Shown here one piece after another: positions 38,778 through 48,620 of a stretch of DNA of 64,000 nt; the stretch's first letter is position 1; each line of letters opens with the position of its first letter. The notes beneath the pieces were generated by a model, which searched no databases, had not been told where the DNA came from, and saw only the letters and a list, made by a program, of their open reading frames with translations. The DNA is from Lama glama (taxonomy: Eukaryota). The translations under genes were made by a program, and so were the position numbers. The DNA is taken from contig CM052832.1 of assembly GCA_028534125.1 (NCBI GenBank), forward strand, positions 10,480,001 to 10,544,000, in the 5' to 3' direction.

Positions 38778-39222
38778 TGTTACCAAAGGCAAATTAATGT
38801 AATGGATGCACAGTGAGGCCAAACAAAATGAAATGTAGAAGTTTGAAGCAGAGAAATGTTTAATCACAGTATCAAGCAAGGAGAAAGAATGGCTTGTGCT
38901 CAGAAAACCCCAAAGTCCTTGAAGGGTTGCAGCAAAGCATTTTTTAAAGGCAAGGTTGGGAAGGGGCAAGTCAGGGTATGTGATTAGCTGTGCACAGTTG
39001 TAACTGGTTGATGGTGATCAAACGTTAGGCACCAGAAGTTCTGGGGGTGATGTGCTCATGATCATCTAGTTAATTCCTTTCACCTGGTGGTTGTTAGCAT
39101 CTCAACTCAGGAAATATGCATCAGACACTATTATCTAGGTACTTGAGAGAGAGCTAAAGCAGAGGATATGGGGGGTGGGGGTTCTGTCCTAGGAAGATCC
39201 CATAGGGTCATGCTCAGTTACA
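38778..39222 (-). mobile_element. LTR-A copy 1, complete ERV1-type LTR of a Cetartiodactyla family
   Basis: tgttacc...gttaca termini with inverted TGT(T/A)AC ends; antisense polyA and TATA-like boxes. Confidence 0.85.
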
Positions 39223-39394
39223 AGGGGTGACAGCCCTGTCCTCAGGGAGCCCCAGGCTGAAGGTGTTACCAGAGGCAAATTTGTGTTCTGGACGCACAGT
39301 GAAGCCAAACCGAACTGTAGGAGTTTGAGCAGACAAAGGTTTATCACAGGGTCAAGCAAGGAGAAAGAATGGCTTGTGCTCACAAAAGTCCTGG

Positions 39395-39884
39395 TGAAGG
39401 AGTAGGAAAGAGACTAACTTCCCTGATGCTAAAATTGTTTGCTGATTCTGACTATGAAATCCTGCAGCTTGCTTTCTCTCCCTTATTTCTTTTGTGCTAA
39501 ACATCCCCCAATCTTCTCCCTTACTTTCTTTACAATAGTTTTAACCCAGAGGCTATGCTCAGGAGAAGGGTAATGGGCCAATAATCTCTGAGGAATGGAG
39601 AGACCCCCACACCCCTGCTGCCAGTCTCCATTACACAAAGCTAAGAGGAATGCAGCAGCACTCTGTAAAGCGCCCTGATTGTTTCCACCTTTTCTGACCC
39701 ACCCAGTTTTTCTATAAAACTTCAGGACACCAACACCAAGACGGATTCATAGTTTCTAAGGCGTTAGCCTGCTGGGACTCCCCTTGGCCTGGCAAAGCAA
39801 TGAAGCTGTTCTTTTTCTCCCCCAAACTCTGCCTCCTAGTCTCAATCTGGCTTTCAGGGTGCAGAAGCCGGTTTTTCAGCAACA
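39395..39884 (+). mobile_element. LTR-B copy 1, complete ERV1-type LTR
   Basis: TG...CA (tgaaggag...cagcaaca), TATAAAA at 39713-39719, degenerate polyA signal AATGAA at 39799-39804. Confidence 0.85.
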
Positions 39885-39899
39885 GCCCCAGTCTGAAGG

Positions 39900-40332
39900 T
39901 GTTATGGAAGGCAAATCCATGTCCTGGACGCACAGTGAAGCCAAACAAGCAGATGGAGAAGTTTCGAGCAGAGAAAGGTTTATCACAGGGTCAACCAAGG
40001 GGAAAGAATGGCTTGTGCTCAAAAAATCCCAAAGTCCTGGAGGGTTGCAGTAAAGCATTTTTAAAAGCAATGTAGGGGAGGGGCCTGTCAGGATTTGTGA
40101 TCAGCTCTGCACAATGACTGCTTGATGGTGATCAACCATTAGGCAACAGAAGGTCTGGGGGCTACAAGTTCATGATCAAGTAGTTAATTCCTTCCACTCA
40201 GTAGTTTTTAGCATCTGAAGAACTCAGGAAATATGTATCAGATACTACTATCCAGGTACTTCAGAGAGAGCTAAAGCAGAGGATATGGGGGAGGTCTGTC
40301 CTAGGAAGACCCCATGGGGTCATGCTCAGTTA
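39900..40332 (-). mobile_element. LTR-A copy 3, complete
   Basis: Colinear with 38778-39222. Confidence 0.85.
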
Positions 40333-40546
40333 AGGGGAGACAGCCCTCCCTCAGGGAACCTCAGCCTGAGGGGGAGACAGTCCTGCCTTCAGGGGTCCTC
40401 CCAGCCTGAAGGTGCTACCAAAGGCAAATTTGTGTTCTGGATGCACAGTGAAGCCAAACAAACTAAGATGTAGGAGTTTGGAGCAAAGAAAGTTATCACA
40501 GGGTCAAGCAAGGAGAAATAATGGCTTGTGCTCAGAGAAGCCCTAG

Positions 40547-41180
40547 TGAAGTTGTAGGAAAGGAAGGAACTTCCCCCATGCTAAAGCTGTTTGCCGATTC
40601 TGACTATGAAGTCCTGTGGCTTGCTTTCTCTTCCTTTACTGCTTTTGTGCTAAGCATCCCCCCAAACTTCTCCCATATGTTCTTTACGGTAGTTTTAACC
40701 TAGAGGCTGTGCTCCAGGAAGAGGGTAATGGGCTGTTAATCCCGGAAGAATGGACAGACTCCCCTGCATTTCCCCATGACGCCAAAGCTAAGAGGGACGT
40801 GGAGTTTGGAGCAGAGAAAGGTTTATCACAGGGCAAGCAAGGGGGAAGAATGGCTTGTGCTCAAAAAAACACCAAAGGCCTGGAAAGGTTGTAGCAAAGC
40901 ATTTCAAAGGCAAGGTTGGGGAGGGGCAAGTCAGGGTGTGATCAGCTGTGCACAATTTTCTGGTTGATGATGATTAACCATTAGGCGCCAGAAGGTCTAG
41001 GGACTACATGCTCTTGATCAAGTAGTTAATTCCTTCCACTTGGTGATGGTTTTTTAGCATCTGGAGAACTCAGGAAATATGCATCAGATACTGTTATCTA
41101 GGTACCTCAGAGAGAGCTAAAGCAGAGGCTGTTGGGGGAGGTCTGCCCTAGGAAGACCCCATGTGGTCATGCTCAGTTAT
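40547..41180. mobile_element. Chimeric LTR-B(5' half)/LTR-A unit
   Basis: LTR-B sequence to gccaaagctaagagg, then a switch at ~40797 into LTR-A gtggagtttggagcagagaaagg. Confidence 0.85.
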
Positions 41181-41378
41181 GGGAGACAGCCCTCCCTCAG
41201 GGAGCCCCAGTCTAAGGGGGAGACAAGTCCTCCTTCAGGGAACCCCTAGCCCAAAAGTAAATTCATATAACTGAACGCATTGTGAGGCCAAACTGAAATG
41301 TAGAAGTTTGAGCAGCGAAAGGTTTATCACAGGGTCAGGCAAGAAGTGGCTTGTGCTCAAAAGACCCAGAAGTCCTGG

Positions 41379-41844
41379 TGAAGGAGTAGGAAAGGAACTA
41401 ACTTCCCTGATACTGGAGCTGTTTGATTCTGACTAGGAAGTCCTGCAGCTTGCTTTCTCTTCCTTACTGCTTTTGTGCCAAGCATCCCCCAGCCTTCTCC
41501 CATATGTTCTTCACAATGGCTTTAACCCAGGAAGAGAGCAATAAGCTGATAGCCTCAGAAGAATGGACCGCCCCCCTAACCCGCCCCGCTGTGGTTCCCC
41601 ATGATGCCAAAGCGAAGAGGAATGTAGCAGCACCCTGTAATTACCCCAATTGTGTCCACCTTTTCTGGCCCAGTTTTTTCTATAAAACTTCAAGACCCCA
41701 ATCCCAAGATGGATTCAATCTCTAAGGCATTAACCTGCTAGGACTGCCCTTTGCCTGGAAAAAAATGAAGTTGTTTTCTCCCAAAACTCTACCTCTTAGT
41801 CTCAGTCTGGCTTTTGGGGTGAGGAGGCAGGTTTTTCAGCAACA
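41379..41844 (+). mobile_element. LTR-B copy 3, complete
   Basis: tgaaggagtagg...cagcaaca; TATAAAA at 41681-41687; AATGAA at 41764-41769. Confidence 0.85.
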
Positions 41845-41991
41845 GCCCCAGTCTGAAGTTGTTATAGAAGGCAAATTTGTGTCCTGGACATATAGTGAGG
41901 CCAAACTGAGATGTAGAAGTTTGGAGCAGAGAAAGGTTTATTACAGAGTCAAGCAAGGAGAAAGAATGGCTTGTGCTCAGAAAAGTCCTGG

Positions 41992-42638
41992 TGAAGGAGT
42001 AGGAAAGAGACTAACTTCCCCGATCCTGAAATTGTTTGCTGAGTCTGACTATGAAATCCTGCAGCTTGCTTTCTCTCCCTTACTTCTTTTGTGCTAAGCA
42101 CCCCCCAAACTTCTCCCTTACTTTCTTTACAATAGTTTTAACCCAGAGGCTATGCTCAGGAGAAGGGTAATGGGCCAATAACCACAGAGGAATGGAGACA
42201 CACCCCCACCCCCCCTTAGCAGTTCCCATGACGCCAAAGCTAAGAGGAATGTGGAGTTCGGAGCAGAGAAAGGTTTATCACCGGTCAAGCAAGGAGAAAG
42301 AGGAGCTTGTGCTCAGAAACCCTCAAAACCTGGGAGTGCTGCAGCAAAGCGTTTTTAAAGGCGTGGTAGGGGAGGGGCCTGTCTGGATTTGTGATCAGCT
42401 GTGCACAATTCTGACTGGTTGATGGTGAAGAACCCTTGGGCCCCAGAGGTCTGGGGGCTACATGCTCATGATCATCAAGTAGTTAATTGCTTTCACTTGG
42501 TGGTGGGTTTTAGCATCTGAAGAACTCAGGAAATATGCATCAGATACTATCTTGTAGGTACCTCAGAGAGAGCTAAAGCAGAGGATATGGGGGAGGGGTC
42601 TGTCCAAGGAAGACCCCATAGGGTCCTGCTTGGCTAGA
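41992..42638. mobile_element. Second chimeric LTR-B(5' half)/LTR-A unit
   Basis: Same B-to-A switch at ~42248 (gctaagaggaatgtggagttcggagcag); ends ggctaga followed by aagg. Confidence 0.85.
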
Positions 42639-43837
42639 AAGGGAGATAGCCCCCCCCTCAGGGAGCCCCAGTCTGAGGGGAGACACAGTCCTGGCCTCAG
42701 GGAGCCCCAGTCTGAGGGGAGACACAGCCCTGGCCTCAGGGAGCCCCAGTTTGAGGGGGAGACACCGTCCAGCTTTTAGAGAACTTCCTGTCTGATTCGA
42801 GATTCCATTCTCATCTGGGAGGTAGTGTTAAGAACCTCCATGACTTTGTAATCTTGAAACATGTTTGAGGGTTCCATCTTTAACGGGAAACTATACTCAT
42901 TTAGTCATCCAACATTATTTATCTAACGCATGGTGTGCTTTGCATCAAGCACTCATAAACGCTGGGGAGTTCACCTAAAGAAAAGCACGTTCCTTCTGCC
43001 TGAAGAACACTGGTCATCTTTAGGAGACAGTTACATAGAAGCTTACGACTAGCTATGAGAAGTGCTGTGGCCAGGATGAGTGCAGCTGAGGAGAGAGCCT
43101 ACCTCTGCTCTTCGCTCATGTTTCCTGTGTCCCCGTTTTGCTGTGGGGTCTTGGCAAAGATAGGAAGAGGAAGAACACCAGTTTTGAATGTAGAATATCT
43201 AAGCCTCTGTAATGTTTTTTCCTCATTTATGAATTTGTTCAATAAATTTTTTGAGACCATCTAGATTCAAGTACTGTGCAAAATTTGGGAGATAGAGAGG
43301 GCTATAGGCATAATTCCTGCTCTCAAGCACCTCATGGCCATGTAGACTTTCCAGCAATTCTCATTTGGGTATATTCCAGAGGTTTAAAGCAAAACACAGC
43401 TGCAGGTCACCTGTCCTGTCTGTACCTCATAGCATAAATGTGCGTGGGTAGAGACTGAAACCTGGTAGGAGCAATCTAAAACCTGCTGCATTTATCTGAT
43501 CCCCACACTTAAGAGATTTCTGTTTATATCTGATTAGCTTCCTCCATCCCTCTTGGTGCAGAAGGATCCTCTTTTCCTTTGGGGGACCTATGGCTGAGCC
43601 ATTTCCCTGTCCTCCACTTATCTGCCCTCTGGACCTTGCTCTGCTGCACACAACCCAGATATCTGCGTGGTGTCTGCACACTGAAAAACCCCGAAGAAGG
43701 TGACCGGTTGATTGGTTTCTAGGTATCCAGAATCGAGATCTGTGTGATATTCATTTCTCTGGGCAAAGCTGTGTCAAACACTGGGGAGATTTGGCGGGGT
43801 AGGGTGGGTGGCGGTGGTAAACCAGCAGTAGGCTTTG

Positions 43838-44365
43838 TGTTGTGGGCACACAAAATGGTGACGGTGACGTGTGGGTTGGTAAAGAATTACCAGAGATGGA
43901 GAAGAGTTTAGGGAAGTTTAATAGGGACTTTGCTCTAGGCAACAGCGGGCCACACTGGTGAGAGGCGCCTGCGTGAGCACTGAGGGCGGGGGGACAGGGT
44001 CTTTTATGGGGGGGAGGGGGCTGTGCGCACAAGGAGTAGGGGCTGCACGATCAGTTCCCGCACAGGCGCCTGACTGGTTGTAAGATCTGTCAGGGACTCT
44101 CTGAATAATAGGTTTTAAGACTTTGATAAGGGCAGGATGTAAGGCCTGTCGCCTAAGGTACTGAGAGATGGGCTATCCCCTGGGGCGATGAGTTTTGTTA
44201 GAGTAAACACACATTAAGAGAAGATGCTTTACATCTTGCAGAAATGCAGGTGTGTGAAATTTCCTGCAGTGGGGAGTGGGGGTTCAGGTATCAATAGGCT
44301 CCAGGCACACAAGGAGCCCAGGGGTGGGGGTTTTATGACTCCAGAGAGTGCCGGCCAGCTCCACA
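43838..44365 (-). mobile_element. Solo ERV LTR, relatively young and lineage-specific
   Basis: TG...CA termini (tgttgtggg...ctccaca), flanks ctttg / ttttg, antisense polyA-like tttaat and TATA-like ttttat, several CpGs retained. Confidence 0.75.
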
Positions 44366-44486
44366 TTTTGGGGATTAGAGCAATAGATTGGACCACTATG
44401 GGGGTCAGAGTGAAGTGGTCACTTCTCTGAGACCTGGAATGTGAGAATATTGCTCATGGAAATAGCCATCTTTCGATCTGGTAGAG

Positions 44487-44962
44487 ATGGCTGCGTTAGG
44501 TACAGGTCAAGCTGCTGTAATAGAGGCTCAAGACACAGTGGCTGACAGAAGAGGGGAGTTTATGTCTCTCTTTTGAGACAGGCTGGAGGCAGGTGGATGG
44601 TGTGGATTAATCAGAGTCTTAGGCTGTGGGCGCAGCTCTGCCACCTTCAGCACAGGCCGTCCATCACTGAGTCCCAGAGGGCTGCGGCAGGGGTGGCCCT
44701 TCCCCAGCCTGCGGGAAGAGTTAGGAAGAAGTGGAGAGCAGGCCTCTTCTTTGTTTAAGGATGTGCCCTGCAGGTTGCTTTGGCTCACTCCTTCACTCAA
44801 GTCCCAAGGTCTGAACTTAGTTCCACAACCATTTCTACCTGCAGGGGAGGCTGCGAGGCATAGTCTGTCATTGAGCAGCTATGGGCATCTCTAAAACTTG
44901 GGTGATACTAAAACCAAGAGAGGAGAATGGGCACTGAGGCCTAGGTCATAGTCTCTGTCACA
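44487..44962 (-). mobile_element. MLT1J-like LTR
   Basis: gttaggtacagg...gctgctgtaa...cagtggct...gagtttatgtctctc...gaacttagt...ctgcaggggaggctg...gtctctgtcaca. Confidence 0.75.
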
Positions 44963-45288
44963 GATCAGACAATATGGCAGACATGGATGAAAGCTCCATG
45001 GCAGACAGTTTTATTTCCCCCAAATACTTCAGCTGCCTTTTCTGTAGCCCCAGAACAGCAGGATTAGAGGGAAAAGCCCCCAGGGCCAGCAGCTCCGAGG
45101 CAGAGAGGAGGTTTTTAAATTGCTTCGATGCTGCCTAGGATTGGGGCGGGGTCCTTCAGAAGCCAGCGCTGAGGCCCACGCCGCCAGGGCTGGTGTCTGC
45201 GGCCTGGACCACGGCAGCAGGAGTGGAGCGCCGTGCCACAGTACGGCACAGGGCAGCCAGAGTGCCCGCAGCTGGCCTTCCAGGACTC

Positions 45289-45729
45289 TGGTCGCAGACA
45301 CTCTCGGTGCCCCGCCCGTGCCCCCCAGCCTGCACCTTTCCACACCGCTTCCGTACGTTGATGATGGCCTCTTTCTGCAAACGTGTGTGGACGCTGCCTG
45401 AGCGCCTTCTCCGCCCATCGAAGCATGCTTCCGCCCTCCCTGCAGGGCACAAGTGCCAGGGAGTTACCCGTGGGAGCAGCCCCCACCGATAATGAATGGC
45501 AGTTGGTTCATAAGTGCCCAACTCTGAGGTGTGTCCTACACAGTCTCCCAAAGCTCCCCGGTGGCAACAGCCCCCTGTTAGTTGCCCAAAGCAGCAACTC
45601 ACCCCCTACATTGGCTTCCTTCCCTTTTTTATTTCCTCTCTTGCACTTTCAGGGGTCACCCCCCCAATGAACTACTTGTCCTGACATCCTTGTCTCACAG
45701 TCCGCTTCTGGAGAATTCAATCCAAGACA
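45289..45729 (+). mobile_element. LTR16C-like ERVL LTR
   Basis: gtcgcagacactctcggtgccccgccc...; 3' aactacttgtcc...atccttgtctcacagtccgcttctggagaattcaatccaagaca. Confidence 0.75.
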
Positions 45730-46439
45730 CCTGAGGTGACTGGCTCTTCTGCTCTGTGCAAGTAGAGAGCATGTCCTACAACCAAGAAGGGGGTTGCCAA
45801 ACTGGGCAAGACAAGAAGCTGCATCTTGTTGTCACTAGATTCCTAGCACCTGACATGGTACTATATACAGGACAGGTAGGCAGGTGCTCAGAAAGTACTC
45901 CATTGATTGAATGACTTAGCTCAAGTGCATTCTGTTATCAACTTGCTGTGTGACCTTGAGCAAGTCACTTTACCTCTCTGAGCCACACTTTCATCATCTT
46001 CAAATAGCGGATGATAACTACCTATTTTAGAAGAAGGAATGAGACAACTGTGAATGAGCCTTGTGATTCTAACACCTTCTGAATTGTAAGAGGTGAGAGA
46101 TTAGAGAGCTGCCTTTTATCCTTGGGGCACCTTTTCAAAACACTCAACTAGGAATACTTTAGTGGCTAAAAAATAGCATCAATTTTCTCATTGAAATTCT
46201 TTTATTCAACAAAGTAAATAATCTTAGTGGAAGGAATATACATTATGTTTTCTGTAGGATTCATTAAAGTTGCTTTCATTTTGAATTTAAAACACACATT
46301 TTCTGAATATTTAGTCTAAAATGACCCTGAGCCTGAGCAAAAAGAAAGGGCTGTTCTTCACCAACCTTCTCGTCTGATAGTTAAGAAAACAGACCGAGGA
46401 AGGCTGTGCCTTTCCCAGGGCCCACAAGGTGGTTAGAAG

Positions 46440-46940
46440 TATTCATTCATTCTGCAGATCCTTCAGGGGCTGTGGCCAGGCACTGTACTGGGTGTGAGTG
46501 TGGCTTGGTGAGCCCAAATGGACACGGATCTGCTGTCGTTAGCTGTCAGTCTCATAGGGAGGAGGCATGAATGGAGTAGTCACATTAGGGGTTGAACAGT
46601 AAGTGTTGTGACTGAAAAAAAAGTGTGTTTCTCTAAGAACTGAAGCACTGGCGCTAGTGGAGGTGAGTCATGGAGAGAGGCAGTACATGGAGACAGGCTA
46701 CTTGAGCTGAGGTCCCAGATGTTACCCGAGAAGGAGAGCCTCCTAGAGGAGACAGCATATGCAAAGATCCTGTGGCCTGAGGTGATAACATGGTGGCTTT
46801 GAGGAAGTGAAGGAAGGTCCCTGTGGCCACAGGGTGGAAAGTGAGATGTGGAGAAAAAAATGGGGCTGCAAATGTTGGCCAGGAGAGATCACTGGGTTCT
46901 TGGAGGCCATATGCATTAGGCTCAAGAGTGAAATCCAAGT
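46440..46940 (-). mobile_element. L2a fragment
   Basis: attcattcattc...ccaggcactgtactggg...acagcatatgcaaagatcctgtggc...ttgaggaagtgaaggaaggtcc. Confidence 0.75.
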
Positions 46941-46959
46941 CTTTCTCATGTTTTCTTCA

Positions 46960-48215
46960 TAACACCCAAAATTGTATTATGAAAAAGATTTAAACACACA
47001 GAAAGGATGCACAGCGGACGCCATATACCTGTCACTTTGCTTCTACAACTAGCATTTTGCTTAATTTGTTTTTTCACATATCTTTCCATCTATCCATCCA
47101 TTATCCATCTTTTTTTTGCACAACTGTTAATATTTTATAATATATGCCTTAGTTTTTTCTAATGGAAAAAAAAATCTTACAGATAAAATTCTATCTGAGC
47201 CCTAACCCCCTTCACAATCTCTTTCTAGTTTAGGCGGTGGGGAGCCCCAGTATGAGATCAGAGATGGGGGGGAGGGAGGATGGTATTGCCTTATCCATCT
47301 TTTAATCCATCTTATTTTTTATGCACATCAGTGTACTTCAGCCTGCATATCATGTTACTGACAAATGTATACAGCTGTGTAACCCAAATCCCTATCAAGA
47401 AATAAAACATTCCATCGCCCCAGAAAGTTCCTTTGTTCTCCCTCAGTTAATCCCTGCCTGAAACTCCCAGGCAACCACTATTCTGATGTTTTATACCATA
47501 TATTAGTTTTGCCTTCTCTAGAACTTCACATAAATGCAATCATTCAGTATATCCCCTATTTTTAGCAGCGCTTCTTTCGCTCAGCATATTTTTGAGATTT
47601 ATCCATGTTGTTGCACAAATCAATGGTTAACTCCTTTTTATTGTTGAGTAGCATCCAGGGGATGTATTACAATTTGGTTATCCACGCTGTTGTTGATAAC
47701 CATTTGGGTTGTTTCTAGTTTTGAGTGATTATGAATGACACTGCTATGAGTATTTTTGTACAAGCCTTTTTGAGGTTATGTGTTTTCATTTCTCTGGGTA
47801 AATTACTAGGAGGGGAATTGTTGGGTCAAAGGGTTTGATGTATGTCTCATTTTACAAGAAATTTGCAGACCTTTCCCAAAGCGGCTGTACCATTTTGCGT
47901 TCCCACCCACAGTGAAAGAAAGTTCCAGTTGCTCCACAGCCTCACCAGGACTTCATGCTGTTAGCTTCTTTAGTGTTTTAATCGATGGGTGTTTAATGAC
48001 GGTTCATTACAGCTTTAATTCAAATTTCTCTCATGGCTAATGATGCTGAGCACTTTTTCCTTGGGCTTACTGGTCATTTGCATTGCCTTTGATGAACTGT
48101 CTGTTAAAATCTTTTGTCTATTTTTAAAAAAAATAGGTTGTGTAGCTCCTAATTATTGAGTTTTAGGAGTTCTTTATATACGTCCTGCATATAAGTCCTT
48201 TGCCAGGTATAGCAA
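46960..48215 (-). mobile_element. Old L1M (L1MB/MC-like) 3' region, interrupted at 47114-47290
   Basis: aacattccatcgccccagaaagttcc...caggcaaccactattctga...ttttgagatttatccatgttgttgc...ttttaggagttctttatata. Confidence 0.9.
47114..47290 (-). pseudogene. Short L1-mediated retrocopy of unidentified non-TE sequence (mRNA 3' UTR fragment or 3' transduction)
   Basis: 13-bp TSD ttatccatctttt at 47101-47113 and 47291-47303, short polyT (antisense polyA), TT/AAAA cleavage site on the minus strand. Confidence 0.7.
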
Positions 48216-48409
48216 AAATTATTTATTCAAGACATTTTTATGTGCCGCCACTATGTGCTAGGCAATGTGCTGAACTAGACAGTGTGGGGACAGCCTCGTG
48301 GAGAGCACAGACTGTGTGTCCTGACTACCAAGTCGAGTGTTCTTCCTACTAAACTCACCTTTTCCTTCAGGGGACAGCTCTGGGTTCCACTGTTCCCAGG
48401 ATCCTGAGC

Positions 48410-48620
48410 TAGCAGGAAGGACCTCAAACTGGACATCAGATGACCTGGTTGTGAAACCCAGCTTGGCCACTTACTTGCTGTGTGATGGGGTGCAAGTCAC
48501 CTAACCTCTCTGAGTCTCAGTTTGCTCATCCATAAAAACAGAATTTAAGAAACCCCTGCCTCTTGGATTTGCTGTGAAGATTAAAGGAGGCAAAAACACC
48601 GGGCATTCAGCAGGCCCTCA
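48410..48620 (+). mobile_element. MIR SINE
   Basis: cagatgacctgg...ccacttacttgctgtgtga...caagtcacctaacctctctgagtctcagtttgctcatc. Confidence 0.85.

Larger units (their letters stand above)
38645..42790. repeat. Mosaic tandem array of two ERV1-type LTRs and a ~38-bp minisatellite
   Basis: 8 copies of the LTR-A U5/R part (4 reaching the U3 end), 4 copies of LTR-B (2 complete), spacer units cctcagggagccccagtctgagggggagacacagc; junction sequences recur. Confidence 0.92.

Noticed and set aside
39185..39200. STAT1 GAS sites as in MER41-like interferon-responsive LTRs
   Set aside because: gtcctaggaag does not fit TTCNNNGAA, and assignment of LTR-A to MER41 is unverified
38645..42790. CRISPR-like repeat-spacer array or intact provirus
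   Set aside because: The DNA is mammalian, the 'spacers' are repeated LTR copies rather than unique sequence, and there are no cas genes or gag/pol/env
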